Shown here piece by piece: positions 48,898 through 62,754 of a DNA stretch of 64,000 bases; position 1 is the stretch's first letter; each line of letters begins with the position of its first letter. The DNA is from Squalus acanthias (Eukaryota). A program made the position numbers and the translations under genes. A model generated the notes under the pieces. That model was not told the origin of the DNA, did no database searches, and saw only the letters and a program-made list of their open reading frames with translations. Where the stretch lies: assembly GCA_030390025.1 (NCBI GenBank), contig CM059426.1, positions 183,644,001-183,708,000 of the forward strand. Reading direction: 5' to 3'.

Positions 48898-49305
48898 AAA
48901 CTTCCATTTAAATAGCACCTCTCAATCTTAGACGACACTGCAAGTGCTTCACAGCCAATGAATTACTTTTTCAGGTGTTGTCACTGCTGTTTTGTAAAAC
49001 ATGGCAGCCAATTTGTGCACAGCAAGGTCCCACGAACACTAAATGAGATTAAAAAAACTAGTTCATCTGTTTTGGTGATGAGGGATAAATGTTGGCCAAG
49101 ACACTGGGCGAATTCCCCTGCACTGAATAATGCCATGGGATCTATTACATTCCCTGAGCAGGTAGATAGGTCCAGAGTATAATGTCCCATTTGAAAGACA
49201 ATACCTCCAACAGTACAGCACTTCCCTAGTACTGCACTGAAGTGTCAGCCAAGATTTTGCATTCAAGTCGCGAAGTGGGCCTTGAATCCAAAACCTTCTG
49301 ACGCG
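48898..49305 (-). mobile_element. DeuSINE/SacSINE1-like SINE
   Basis: Reverse complement of the family head, core and tail. Confidence 0.72.
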
Positions 49306-49789
49306 GAGGAATCAAGCCTGGGGCCTCCCTGGTCTATATAGCCGTGCAACATACCCACTGAGTGGTCACAAAAAGCGATTTGTTCTATGGAGGTAGGACA
49401 GCCAATAGTTTCCATTTAAAAAAAAAGACGTAATACTGCATTCCTTGAAAAGATATCATTTATAAGTAACAGTATGGTTTATTATAGTGTGACCTTGGCC
49501 CATTTTGTTTGATGAGCCGCAGCAAACACTGTTACAACACCAACAAGCTGTAAAGTTAGTTATTAAGAGCAGAGTTCTCACATCAACACTTTGAACTCTA
49601 AATGTCTTCTCTTTCTTGCAATCATTCCATTTAGTTTCAGTGCCACAAACATGGTACTTGATCATTTGTAAATTTTAGTCATCAAGAAGAATTAAAAATG
49701 ACAGATCTAGGGAATAGTTTGATCTCTCACAATTTGCTGAACATGATTATTTTCACCCCTTATTAACAACATCAAGATGGCCAAGTGTA

Positions 49790-50160
49790 TTATTAAGCCA
49801 CACGGACCAGGAGATCCCAGGTTCAACTTCTCAAGGCAGCAACTGGGTGCCAAATGTTGGCTGCAGCAACCTTCAGTTTTTTTTGGCGGGGAGGTGGGGG
49901 CAGGAAAGAGAGCCAGAGGAAAATTCAGCCTGTATTCCTGCTTGTGATTGCGATCCAGGAATTATTGCTAGACGACATTGATTGTGGGCATCAAGTGAGA
50001 TCAGGATCGGACTCGGCTGCGATGCCCTCTGCAGTTAAACAGGCTGTGAACACTCACCAGCTGGGTTTTACATGTGAAGAGTGACCACTTGGGCAAAGTT
50101 TCAGGGCACTGCCTAAGTATCCTACTCCAGCAAGAATCAGTGCCTTCAGAAGTGGTGGAA
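49790..50160 (+). mobile_element. Second ancient SINE-like family (unassigned)
   Basis: GACCAGGAGATCCCAGGTTCAA head and GATGCCCTCTGCAGTTAAACAGGCTGTGAACACTCAC..CCAGCAAGAATCAG body. Related copies lie at ~51180-51540(+), 40080-40520(+), 46540-46880(-), 9770-9960(-), 4010-4310(-) and 48690-48850(-). Confidence 0.6.
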
Positions 50161-50701
50161 ATTTTGGCTAAACCCCCCGCCCCCCCAAGAAATACTATGA
50201 CAGTCCTTACAGAACTGTTCAACATGGGGCATGATTACATGTTGCAACAGGTGCCAGATGCTGCTACAGAATTAGTTTTACAAAAAAAAGTGAAACAAAA
50301 ATGCTTATAAAATAAACTTCTGAATATAGTATTGGGTTGAAAACAAAGTTTTTTTGTACTGACAGGTTAAAAGTGAATTCCAGCTCAAAAGTCCACAATT
50401 TATACACCATGGGCATCCATTTCTGAGTGCCTAGGTTGAGTGAAATTGCAGATTATTTTCTCCTGTTTGATTCTTGTAGGGGATGGTATGTAGCACCATT
50501 GAATCCTGCAGCCTTGAATGCACAATGCTGTAACAGTGAGCAGAGAACAAATACAGAGTTTTAGTTACTAGAGGCCAAGGCTGCTGTAAATTCAAGACAC
50601 TGGGCTATTCAGTATTAGCCATTCCGCTTTGTACTCAGTTTGCTACTATACACCAAAGGTCTTCCCATAATTAAAGTAGCTACATTTCAGAATGATCGTC
50701 A

Positions 50702-51100
50702 AACTGTTGTCCAATAGAAATTGCTGACTAGCTACATGTGTGGCTACACTGCTTTAGCCACATGCACTAATTTTAGTAGAAACTGCCTTTGATACGCTCA
50801 AAGATTACAGGTAAATGTACTTTACATGTGTATATTTACTTAACATCTACCACCATTCAGTAACCAAACAAGCAAAGCACTCACAATGATCAAAAAGGAT
50901 TCACACACAGCTTTTCGTTTTACCAACAAATGCACAAAAAAGGTTAAAGTATACATCCATGCACCGTGTGAATATGAATGCTGAGATCATATGCCCAACA
51001 AGTGTTTATTACTCATTTTTTATTTAATCAGAAATGCAATTCGCCACATCTGGATTCCCAATTAGTCACATGTAGATAGTCACTACATTGACCAACACTG
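50702..51100. mobile_element. hAT-Charlie (MER3/MER33-like) non-autonomous element, copy 1
   Basis: Ends CTGTTGTCCAATAG and CATTGACCAACACTG; internal TAGCTACATGTGTGGCTA; homologous to 53609-54303. Confidence 0.6.
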
Positions 51101-51709
51101 CCATAAACCAAGATATATACTCACAACAGACATTCCAGAATCCAAGGAAACTCCATTGTATAAGTTAACAATTGCAGTTCAGCGAGGTTCCAAGTTTGAT
51201 TCCCGAGTTATCCAACTAGCATCCCTACTGCTGTCCTTAGTTGGAACAGTGGTAGGGTGCTACAGTTTGTCTCAGCACTCCCGAGTTAGGGAGGGTTAAA
51301 AATTAGTCAAGATTCCCACTCCCGATTGCAAGGGGTGAAACCCTTACTGAAAGCGCACGTGTGTGGACACCAGATAAAGACAGAATCAGGTTGAGCTGTG
51401 ATGGGCTCTGCAGTCAAACAGCTTGCTGACGCTCACTGTCTAGGCTCACACAGAAAACAGTTACTTAAACAAGATAGTAGGACTGCCAGTGCCTATGGAG
51501 CCATACCCCAGCAAGAATCAGCGTCTTCAATGGAGGAAAGAAAAAGGGAGAAAACAGGAAAAATGGGGCCGAGGCAGGTGGAGGCATCAACTTTGCAATT
51601 AAAAGACAAATTTTAACAGGTATTCCAAGTGACATTAGATTTGAACAAGTACCTTTTGTGGAACATAATGTCAGTACTAGAATTTATTAATCATAACTTT
51701 GTCCTGGAC

Positions 51710-52179
51710 TAGTGGTTCTCAAACTGGTCGTCCGTAGAGACTTTCCAGGGGGTCCACAAAATAATGAGAATGCCGAGCAGGGCGTCGTGGTCAAGAGTAA
51801 GCGAATGAGCGGCGGCCGGAGGTGGGCTTGCTCAGAGTCGGGAGCGGAGTGTGGCCACCCCATGTGCTGGCTAACTCACCTTGGGGGTGGGGGGGCGCAT
51901 GGAGGAGCACAGAGCGGCACGAAGATCGCCAGGTTGACCCACAGTTACCAAGGCTGGTGGTGGGCGTCTAAAAGTTGCTCGATGATAGTGTGGCACACCA
52001 ATCTCACTGTAATCTGTAAGTAAATACCTGTTTTCTTACAAGCATTATTAAAACACTCTTTATATGCCGCACTTTCATTTTATGAGTATTATATAGTATG
52101 ATAATTTAGATGGGGGGTCTCGTGATTACTAATCCATTTGAAAAGAGGTCCTTCAAACAAAAAAGTTTAAGAACCACTG
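51710..52179. mobile_element. hAT-Charlie-type MITE
   Basis: TIRs TAGTGGTTCTCAAACT (51710-51725) and AGTTTAAGAACCACTG (52164-52179). The 8-bp flanks TCCTGGAC and TTCTAGAC match at 6/8 and fit the NTCTAGAN target consensus. Confidence 0.82.
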
Positions 52180-53608
52180 TTCTAGACTGACAGTTGCCAG
52201 AGTGAAAAGCAGGTCTACAAATCAGAAACCAGACATATGCATGAACTAACTGACAAAAAGCAAACCCATGGACTCTGTTCACCACCATTCAGTTAATTGA
52301 GGGGGAAGGGGAGGAAGGGGAGGAGAAGGATGAAGAGGAATTTCGTTCTGACTGGCTGCTCTTCTATCTGCCCTGATGTGAAAGTGCTATCTCTGCAGTT
52401 TTACATATGCACATATAAACTGGTGCACTTCACGTGTATCTTACTCTGTGACAATGAGTTGGAGCAGCTGCCAATCCTGCAGTTACACTGGGCCCCATTT
52501 CGTCAGTCATCCCGTTGTAGGCTCCGCAACACGGCAATTTCAAACATGTACGTGTGCACGAGTAGCCAAGCTTCCCTCCAAAGTCCACAGTGGGACATTT
52601 AAAATAATGCGCAAGAATGAAACTGCTAAAAGTGGAAAGTAGAAAGTTCAGAAACATAAGTCTTGTGTCGCACTTACACTGGACCCTAAGAATAGCTCTG
52701 AATCCGGTCTTAGATCTGCATTATGGCCATCCCAAAATGGTCAAGAACATTCTAATTCTGCAGGCATTTAGCTGCAGTATAAGTCATAACTAAATCTAGG
52801 TTCCAGATTGTATATCCCATAATGCGTCTCAATAACACGTCACACTATTGGGTTGATGCACAACCCTAAGTACAGTATTTAATACAGTGAATACTTGCAC
52901 TGTTCTCGTTGTCCTTTAGCAATTGTGTTGTATTCTAATACTGTACATATGGTAATTCCTTTCTATAGCACCAGTCAAAGTTCCTTCCCACACAGCAGAC
53001 CTTCGCTCTAAAAACATTCAGTGCTATTCCAAATTACAGCCTGCAGAACTTAAGAGCACAGTCCTACAGAGACAACACAATGTGTGGCATACGTGACTAT
53101 GAAACACATCAACTATAAAGAGGCTTTTTGATTTTGTTTGTTCTGCTAGAAAATTGTAACATCTGACTTAAAAAACTTAGGTAAACTGTACATTTAGCCC
53201 AAGACAAGTCATTTGGTAAGTCGATGCTCAGGTCAATTGATATCGGAACACTTTTTCAGATGCAGGTACTGAATTATTGCACACAATGCTAAAATGAGTA
53301 CACAAGTTATTGGTGTTGTACCTGATGAATACTTTCTGGTAGAATGGAGACTAGCCAATTTGACATTAAACATTTCATGTGTGTGTGTGAATTTGGCACT
53401 AGATTTTATCTATATAGAAAGAATGTACTAAATTGATTGAAAGCTATTCAAGATACACACTCAATTTCACTACCCTAAACAAAACTTCCAATATTAATCT
53501 CAGAAATTAAGACGGACCTGAGCCAAGAGCTGTAAAACGTTAGGTTGTAGCATACAACGACACTTGGCTGCATTCTTACATGGATAGTAAACACTACATT
53601 TACTGCAA

Positions 53609-54303
53609 CAGTGTTGTTCAACAGAAATTGCTGACTAGCCACAGATATGGCAACACCATTTCAGCCACAGGCACGAATTTTAGTAGAAAGCATCTTGCAC
53701 ACAATACAAGTAAATGTGCTGCACATTTATTTCCTTTACATCTACCACCATTTCGTAATAAGCTTTTCAGTCTTTATCTTTCACCAAAGTTTCTAATTCT
53801 GACAAATTTATCAGACACAGCGTAGAATCTTCTACGTTTTTGTCTAGTGCTTGGATGCTGTTGCCCTTTGCCATGACGTGTACTGTTGGAGCTGCTAGTC
53901 ATAGGTTGGGCTTGCTTTCCTCTGCTGGCCTGAAGCGGTTATCTAATTGGTCAAGCTGACCACAATGACAGTTTCCCTTTCCATACAATGTTGCTGGTGT
54001 TTCCATGGTGCTGAAATCCAGCATTTTTCACAAACCATTTTAGCATATAACCAATAAGAGTAACTAAGGAAGTAAAAGCACAACAATCAGAAACCACTGC
54101 GTTTCGTTGTACCATTTCAGCAATAAAAGTAAAAAAAGGTTAAAGTACATATGCATACGCCGTGTAAATGAGTACTGAGATAACATGCCCAATGACTGTG
54201 TCTATTATTCATTTTTTTAGTTACTGATCAAAGCTGCAATTAGTCACATCTGGATTCCCAATTAGCCATATTACACTAGTAGCTAACATATTGGACAACA
54301 CTA
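53609..54303. mobile_element. hAT-Charlie (MER3/MER33-like) non-autonomous element, longer copy 2
   Basis: TIRs CAGTGTTGTTCAAC and TATTGGACAACACTA; shares AGAAATTGCTGACTAGC, AAAAAAGGTTAAAGTA and CACATCTGGATTCCCAATTAG with copy 1. Confidence 0.62.
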
Positions 54304-57300
54304 CTAACAAATGTAACTCACCAATACATGTCAGAGCTTTATAGCATCTTTCACTGGATCTTCAAAACCCATTTCAAACTAGCAGATCCTGAATGTAACA
54401 CTTGTGGTTCTCAAATAAAGATATCACACACACACACAAATACACAATCTACAATGAATAATGGTCCAATGACTTAAGGGAAGCAGCTGGGTTATTCCTA
54501 GTGGAGACTAAAGTTAAAATGAACAGTAAACAGGAAATGCTTCTCTTGCCTTCCTAGCACGGCACTTCCATAGTCTGTCATGACCCAATCCGTTATCCAA
54601 TCAACCCCTGCAACTACTGAATGACCAATCCACACTTCTTCCTGTCAGGCAAACAACTGCAGGAGGACAAAATGTCCTTAATATCACAAGCCCCGTCACA
54701 GGAAGTTCCACATGCTGGAGAAATACCCGTGCACCATATTTTCCCCTCATCCTCTGCAGCTCATTAACTGTCATGGCTTCAGCTCTTTAAATATGCTTGT
54801 TACAATGCTCCAGCAGTACAGCTGTACTTTGCACAAGACAAGAAAAATTTCAAGAGTCCCTGCAAAACTGTGGCAGGGCCGACAGTGAATGCTGAAAATG
54901 CTGTCTCAACTGTATTACATTTGCATCCCTCCTGAAACCCAAAATCAAGCGGTCACTGTGCATCCCAAACAGGCTACATTATTTTTAAAAAATACCTTTT
55001 GGTGCTAAATGCAACAGAAACATCTACCACACGAACAGTAGTTCAGACAGTTCATCTGCTCTATGGTACTCAACTCTAAATGCACAGGTTAGAAAAATCA
55101 CCTTTTGGTTTCTGTGAGCACCATTAATACCCACTTCAACGCAATTTACAAAGTAAATACAGATACCATGATTAAACTACCTTTTAGATCTCCTTTTTGG
55201 GAAGGATTTCAGAAACTAATGTAGATAAGTACTGAATTGTGATATTGGCACAGCCAATCAAATCTTCCTATCTCCAGGATAAATCAAATGTATATCAAAC
55301 CAATCTATCAGAACTAGCAAGACAGTCACACATTTGCCAAATTTGAGGGAATAACCAAATTGGACACTATTTTGAGTGTTCAGACACATCCCAAAATTTG
55401 GTTAGGCTGAGCGATTATAGCAACACTAGTTGATTACCCATGGTGTTGCTCACAAGCAAATATAAACATACAATGTCTGCCTCTCTCTTCCTGTAACTAC
55501 CTCTCTACAAGTCTCCAGGCTCTAACTCTGTGTCTTCCAGTCTCTCATTCTGTTTGCATTGCACTCTGCAGCTCTCTGTTTCTCTATGCATGGTGTCCAC
55601 ACACATACATACATACACACACCTTCACTCTTTCTTTCTCTCTCGCTCTCTCTTCCCAAGTCTCTCCTTCCTTCTAAATCTTCTCTTGTGTCTCCCAATA
55701 TTTTAATATGCCTCTCACACTTTTTCTTCTTTTTTGCCTGCACCCATCTCTCTCCAGTATTAATGACCAAAAAGCAGTAGCAAGAATGTTAGAAATATGC
55801 AATGCAGTGAAATCACCGTCAGTAGTGTGAAACATGACCTGAACCAGTTCAAAGTGGTTACATGAGACTTTGAATTTCACGGCACAAGACTTCAAAATCT
55901 CAGTTGCTTTGGTGTCGGACGTTACCCGATTGCATTGCTGGCATATTTTAAAAGGACAGATCAAAAGGACAATTTAGATGATTGACTTTCAGGAATACCA
56001 TTTTGATTTTCCATACAAAAGCATGATAGTGATTAAATGACTTTTCCATTAGTTACAACAGTAATATTAAACAGCCGAGAACCACTGCTAAGAATTTAAA
56101 TCAAGCTCCATTTTCTGTATCACTCTCAGCCACAAGTAAATTGCAGAAACTGTTGCCTTATTTTGATGCGAATACTTCCAATACCGAAAGGTTGGTTTAG
56201 TTTCAGTTGGTGACCAAGCCAATGGCTACCCTATTTGCCTCTCGTGGCATTCTCAGACGGGCCGATTGTGGTACCCATTGCAGCCTCCTCAAGAGCAATA
56301 ACCAAGAGTCTTGTGCATCTCTCCCCCACCCTTCAACCCACCATCGTCATCCATGTCTCTGGAATTACCTCGCTAAACCTCTGCACTTTCTCCTACATAA
56401 AAAAACCATCTCTTTGAATTCTTGGTCACTCCTCTTAACATCTCCTTTGACTGGGTACATGTTGTGCCAAGCCTCTGTGACGTGCCTTGGAATGTTTTTC
56501 TACATTAAAGGGGACTATATAAATACAAGTTGCTGTTGGTATGCTACATGCATCTTATTTTTAGGGGTCGGCAGTGGAGTGGATGAGGAACAGTTATGGC
56601 AGCTCTATGTGACAGAAAATAGAATGTGATTGGTGACCAAACCAATCAAATAATAGTGGATTCTAGTAGCCAAATGGTTATAGCAACAGTGGTCTGTGCT
56701 GTTAGTTAAAAAAGATAAAGGATTTATCCAACATCTTGGAACTGACTGGTTGAAGTTCTAGAATGTGATTGATTAATCTCTGCTCCTGAAACCCGATTGT
56801 TTGATGGGACTCTACATTACTGCATCACACAAACATGCATTCAGTGAAAATTTTGTACGTCCAAGTTCGTAACCAAACAGGAGTCTTGTTTCACAATTAA
56901 TGTTCAACAAATAAGCCCCCGATTTTATATCGGGGATCAAAATATTTTGGTTGCACTGGAGCCCAAGTTGCACTGAACCAAGACTTGCACATAATACAGT
57001 AACAGCTTTCATAAAGTTATGACTTGTGCATCAGATTTATGTTAGCTTCATATTGCATTGCTTGCGCAAATCTCTGACACTATTGGAACCATTAACAGGA
57101 GTCTGGTGAAGGCATCCTCAAAGCAGTTAAGTGCCTCTCTTTCTGGCCATAAAAATTTTGAAGTAGCTTATGCAATTAAGTAACCTCCATTTAAAGGAAT
57201 GGAGAGAACAACGGAAACAAAAAGCAAAAGGAGGTCAGTTCCTCATAACCTTGGAGCATCTGTTATTTCAAAAGAATGTCAAAGAAATAGCACAAAATAT

Positions 57301-57911
57301 TGAAACAACAAAACTAAATGGTGCATTCTGGTATTTTGTCAAATTAGTGGGATTTTAAATGGACTGCCTCCTCGAACTAACAAAAAATAAATGAAAAACT
57401 CAACTAAGCAACATTCACAAACCCTGCATTTTGTACACTTAAGTGGGTGGTGTCCAATTAAGTGGGAGATTCTGAAGAAAAGAAAAGCAACTCTGACTCA
57501 AAAATCATTTCTATTATACATCATAAAGGAATTTTATTGGTTACCAAGGTCATTCTGAATTATCTTTATGAGAGGGCTTAACAATATTGCAGTCTTGCTC
57601 ACCAATATAGCCCACAATGGCCTGAATGAAAGAGCGCAAGTGAATCCCTGTACAACAGGAGGAAAAGCTAAAGGTGATGGTGAAGATAGAGAGGGACTGC
57701 AGCTGCATAATCCAATCTTTCTTTCACTCTCTTTATTTCTCCTTCTATACCTGATTTGGCATTGAATTCACCCACTCTAATTTACACTACCTTCTCCGTC
57801 CTTGCGCTATTAATCCTTCAATCTGATTTATTAAGGAGATACGCATTGCTTGCTCTGTTCACTCAGGTTCCAGATGCCTAGTTTCCCTCGCTGCGATGCT
57901 ATCAGCAACTT

Positions 57912-58425
57912 AGGAACATCGGAATAGGAGTAGGCCATTCAGTCCCTCGAGCCTGTTCCGCCATTCAATGAGATCATGGTTGATCTACGATCTAACTCCA
58001 TATACCCTCCTTTGGCCCATATCCCTTAATACCTTTGGTTAACAAAAAGCTAGCAATCTCCGATTTAAAATTAATTGATCTAGCATCAATTGCCATTTGC
58101 GGAAAAGAGTTCCAAACTTCTACTACCTTGTGTGCAGAAGTATTTCCTAATTTCACTGCTGAAAGGTCTGGCTCTAGTTTTTAGACTATGCCCCCGAGTC
58201 CTAGAATTCCCAACCAGCGGAAATTGTTTCTCTCTATCTGCCCTATCGGTTCCCCATAATATCCTGAAAACTTCAATCCGGTCACCACTCAACCTTCTAA
58301 ATTCTAGGGAATACAACCCTAATTTGTGTAATCTCTCCTCGTAACTTAACCCTTGAAGTCCGGTTATCATTCCGGTAAATCTACGCTGCACTCCCTCCAA
58401 GGCCAATATATCCTTCATAAGGTGA
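57912..58425 (-). mobile_element. CR1 LINE 3' fragment, same subfamily as 28551-31535
   Basis: [60 protein letters not shown]. Confidence 0.92.
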
Positions 58426-60053
58426 CTTGCGGCGCAAAGTATCATTGCGGTGAAACGGGCAAGAACAAGCCTAACTAAAGGCTACCGCAAATTATGGTCC
58501 AATATTACACAATGTGCAAATCCCACCTTAATCCAATACTGAGATTTTCAGTGTTTAAAATGTGCACCTTTACTTCTTACACTAACTATGAAAATTGGCA
58601 CAAAACCTGGAATTCTTTTCATTTCATTTTTTAAATATCTGCAATACCTTGGACAGTTTAAGGGAAGAATTGAATCATTAGATAAAAAGCAAAAGCTGAA
58701 GGACAATGCAGATATTTACTGAAACCTGACTGGATCACGGGACGCCATACTTTAAAAAGGACACAATACGATTGTGCTGATTGATATGGAGTTATGAAGA
58801 ATCCTGGAAACTTGGTGTAAAGTAAGTTTAATTGCAGCTTCAATCCTCAACAAAATGACTAATTTTAAAAAACAGAAATATCTGCTAACCTGACCTTCTG
58901 TTGTTCCATCCTGAGCAAACATCCCTCCCTCAATCACCAGTACAAAAACAGATTGTATAATCATTACTGTTTGTGGGATCTTGTCTGTATAAAATGGCTG
59001 CTGTATTTGCCTACATAACAGACACTGTACTTCAAAGCATGTGAAGTGCTTTGAGGCTGTTCTGAGAATTGTGAATAATTAAAGACCGTGTTTAAAAAAA
59101 AGATCTGTAGCATTTCTTAATCTTTTTTAAAGAGATTCATTTTTATTATAATCCTTAAAAGGACTAACACTGCATTTGAAAGTTTTTAACTATTCTCTTC
59201 TCCATTCCCCACATTTTGCAATTTCTCAAAAGAAAAATCACTATTGAACATTAAAATGCACAGAAGCACAGATCGAAATTGTTAATCATTCTGCCGAGAA
59301 AGGGAAGCTGAAAACAACTAAACATTTAGCAACTGAAAACAAAACTAATTGATGCCTGCAAGATAAAGAGAATGTGTGCAGTCAGGATAAACAGTTAACG
59401 GAACAAAACAAAAAACCCATCCCATTAATTACAAAGTTTTTTAATCTTAAAACAAAATTGAACTAAAAAGTTTCCAACAAAATTGAAATTGTTCTATTTA
59501 ATTAGTGAATGACGATTTCATAATTCTGAACTCCAAAGCCCCACACATGGCCTTTTAGTGCCAAAAATACTGGATCGAAGCTGCAAAAATCACACCTGTG
59601 CAGATCAGGTTGGAGTTATTTGGATTTTCTTTCCAGACGGGGGAAGGGTGGAATTGCATGAACATTTTCATAACAAAACAGCTATAAATAGGTCCCAGTA
59701 CTGCTCAACAAGTAACTCAATTCACCAGGACATCCACAAAATTCTGTAAAGCATACAAAGCCATTACAACGGTTCCAAAAACAACACTTAAAAAATCCAT
59801 GCCTTTAACAACGTAAACAATTTACTAATAGATCAATCTAATCTGTACACAGAGCAAGTTTCTTCTACAGATAAGGAAGCAGATAAAATCTTCACTGCTA
59901 TAACTGCCCAAACCGCTAAAATAATTACAGTTGAATCTTTAATTAGATATTGGTGCTGTAAAGAACCAATTAGAAATCGGTTTCGTTGGGGGGGAAAAAA
60001 CCATACCTATGGTGTTACAACTCCTGTAAAAGCAGGCTGTTGTGTTAGAAAAA

Positions 60054-60467
60054 AACTTGCATTTATTTATATAGCGCCTTTCACGACCACCGGACGTCTC
60101 AAAGTGCTTTACAGCCAATGAATTACTTTTGAAGTGTAGTCACTGTTGTAATGTAGGAAACGTGGTTGCCAATTTGCACACAGCAAGCTCCCACAAACAG
60201 CAATGTGATAATGACCAGATAATCTGTTTGTGATGTTGATTGAGGGATAAATATTGGCCAGGACACTGGGGATAACTCCCCTGCTCTTGTTCGATATAGT
60301 GCCGTGGGATCTTTTACATCCACCTGAGCGAGCAGATGGGGCCTTGGTTTAAAGTCTCATCCGAAAGATGGCACCTCCCTCAGTAGTGCACTGGAGTGTC
60401 AGCCTAGATTTTTGTGCTCAAGTCTCTGGAGTGGGACTTGAACCCACAACTTTCTGACTCAGAGGCT
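60054..60467 (-). mobile_element. DeuSINE/SacSINE1-like SINE (best-preserved copy)
   Basis: Reverse complement of the head (TCTGAGTCAGAAAGTTGTGGGTTCAAGTCCCACTCCAGAGACTTGAGCAC), core and tail. Confidence 0.8.
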
Positions 60468-60754
60468 GCTAGATCACCTCCCAGCTTATAAACCAATTAC
60501 TAAACAGTACCAAGTTAAAAAAACAACAAATGTTGGAAATGTTAAATATTAAATGTTAAATAAAACTCAGCATTTGAAAGACTGATGCTGAATAGGTTAA
60601 TGTTGCAAATGGTACTTTTTCATCAGAACTTAGCACCTGCTGCACAGTACAACCTGGAACACAGCCAGCAAAACAGTGCATCAGTCCTGTATTAAAATCA
60701 TGTAATTTTTTTTTTTACAAAGAAATTACTGGTTCCCTTTAAGGCATTCAAATT

Positions 60755-60903
60755 TCTTTTATTCGTTCCTGGGATGTGGGCATCACTGGCAAGGTCAGCA
60801 TTTATTACCCATCCCTAATTGCCCTCGAGAAGGAGCCGCCTTCTTGAACCGCTGCAGTCCGTGTGGTGAAGGCAATCCCACAGTGCTGTTAGGGAGGGAG
60901 TTC
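60755..60903 (-). mobile_element. CR1/L2-group LINE 3' tail
   Basis: Reverse complement of 25700-25850. Confidence 0.75.
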
Positions 60904-61113
60904 AATTATTTTTATTTATTCATGAATATATATATATTAATTATATAATAATATAATATAATATAAAATATAAAATATATAATATAAATATATATATAAC
61001 AAATAACAAATAAAATAAAATAAAAATAAACAAAAATTAAAAAAATAGAAACAAACATATTTTTTTAAATATATATAAAAATAAATAGAAATGATAAAAA
61101 AATATATATTAAA
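60904..61113. repeat. AT-rich low-complexity tract
   Basis: Almost pure A/T (atataatataaaat...). Confidence 0.9.
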
Positions 61114-62754
61114 TAGACACGCACACAGTCCCCACCACTTACACCGTGCACGCTTAGCCAGCTGCCTATATTGGGCAAATGGTGTTAACAATTTGCCAGT
61201 ACCATAGACGTCAATTACAAATGCGTATTATGCACGCCGACTATTTCGGACACTTCAAGCATCTTCAATCAGCTGTTCGCACCTTGTTAAAGTGCAATTA
61301 CCTTAGTGATGTGTCTGTATGTAAATAGTGACTTTAGTGTTTTTTTGCCCTTTCATGATTTCTGCGACTTGGATCAGGCAGCTCCACCGCCTCCAATCAG
61401 TGTCTGGGCTGGGATCGACAGGGCTTCTTGTTACTTATTGAAGATGCAAATGTGGATGTCAAGTGGGAAGAAAGAAGTTTGTCTCGTTCTCCTTAAAGTC
61501 AAGTGACCTAATGGCACTTTCCATCTAGGTTCAAACATGCGCTACCACTTGGTTGGACACTCATCAATGCCATGTCCTAGCAATAATTGCTGCCTTCAGG
61601 GGGCAGTGGTCAGGATAGAAAGAAGTTCTATTTTAGACATTCAAATCCAGAGCATTCTAGCTTTCAAACTCACATTAGCCCATATGCAAATGAGGAAGAG
61701 GGCATGATGAAAGAGTGATCATTTTCTTTATTTTCTAAGATAAGGTGGCATGAAGACAAAATGTACTCCTTTAAGTAGTTATTAGGGCTCTCATGTTCCT
61801 TACACTTAGCAGAAACTGAGTAACAGTTGCCAATAACCGTAGAGGTTTGAGATAGTAGTTCACTGTTCCAACTAAACATCATCACCTCAACTAAAACATG
61901 GCTGGATAGTTACAACCTAGTGTTGCCATGAATCTATACATAATTTGGTGGCACAAATGTGGATAACATGCGAAGATGAGTCTCGTCCAATTGGGATCAG
62001 CTGTAGCTTTCGGATTGAAAGAATCACAAGCAACAAAAATGCATATCTACCGTACCATAGCAAACGCCAAGCAGAAATCAACTTTGGAAGGTTTCTTAGA
62101 CTACTACAGCACTCGGTATATATTTTAGAACGTTAAAATGCTGACATTTATTTTTCCAATGCATTTCAGTTTAAGGGCACTGTGGGAATGCAATTCCAAC
62201 ACTCATAGGTTAAGAAAGATCACTTTCCTATTCTAGCACAATAGTCAGCAGAACATTATCTGCAACCGTTCTTCAGTTCTCAGAAAAACACATCTCCCAC
62301 CACCCCCAACCCCCAGAATATCATTTAATACATTACAACTAAGTGTTCAGATTCTATATGCGGAAGTTAAAAAAAATCCAGTTCTATTCTTGGTTTTTTT
62401 ATCCAGAAATTCTGTATTCCTCAGAGGGAAAACCAGAAATTTCACAATAATTGAGTTTAAGGTCATGTTCAGATGGTGATTAGTCACAAAGTGGCATTTA
62501 AAAGCTGTACAAGGGTATATCTCATTGAGACTAACTCCTTTAAGCACAAGCTGCACATCAATTAAGAGCAAGATCACACCTTTTGATTCAAAGAGGGTAT
62601 GGTTTCAGAAACTATGGTCCAGTATACTCTCATTCTACTGCTAGTCAATTAAGGGCAAAGGTTTGCAACCCCTGAATGTGCTATAAACATATTTTGCAGA
62701 CATTACATTAGAGGGTAGAATCCAGTTAAACTGAAAATTATGATGTGTAATTCA

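Noticed and set aside
60590-60632. Degenerate hammerhead-like PLE tails here and at ~63520-63557
   Set aside because: The GAAA box and/or CUGANGA and stem II are mutated; relics only.
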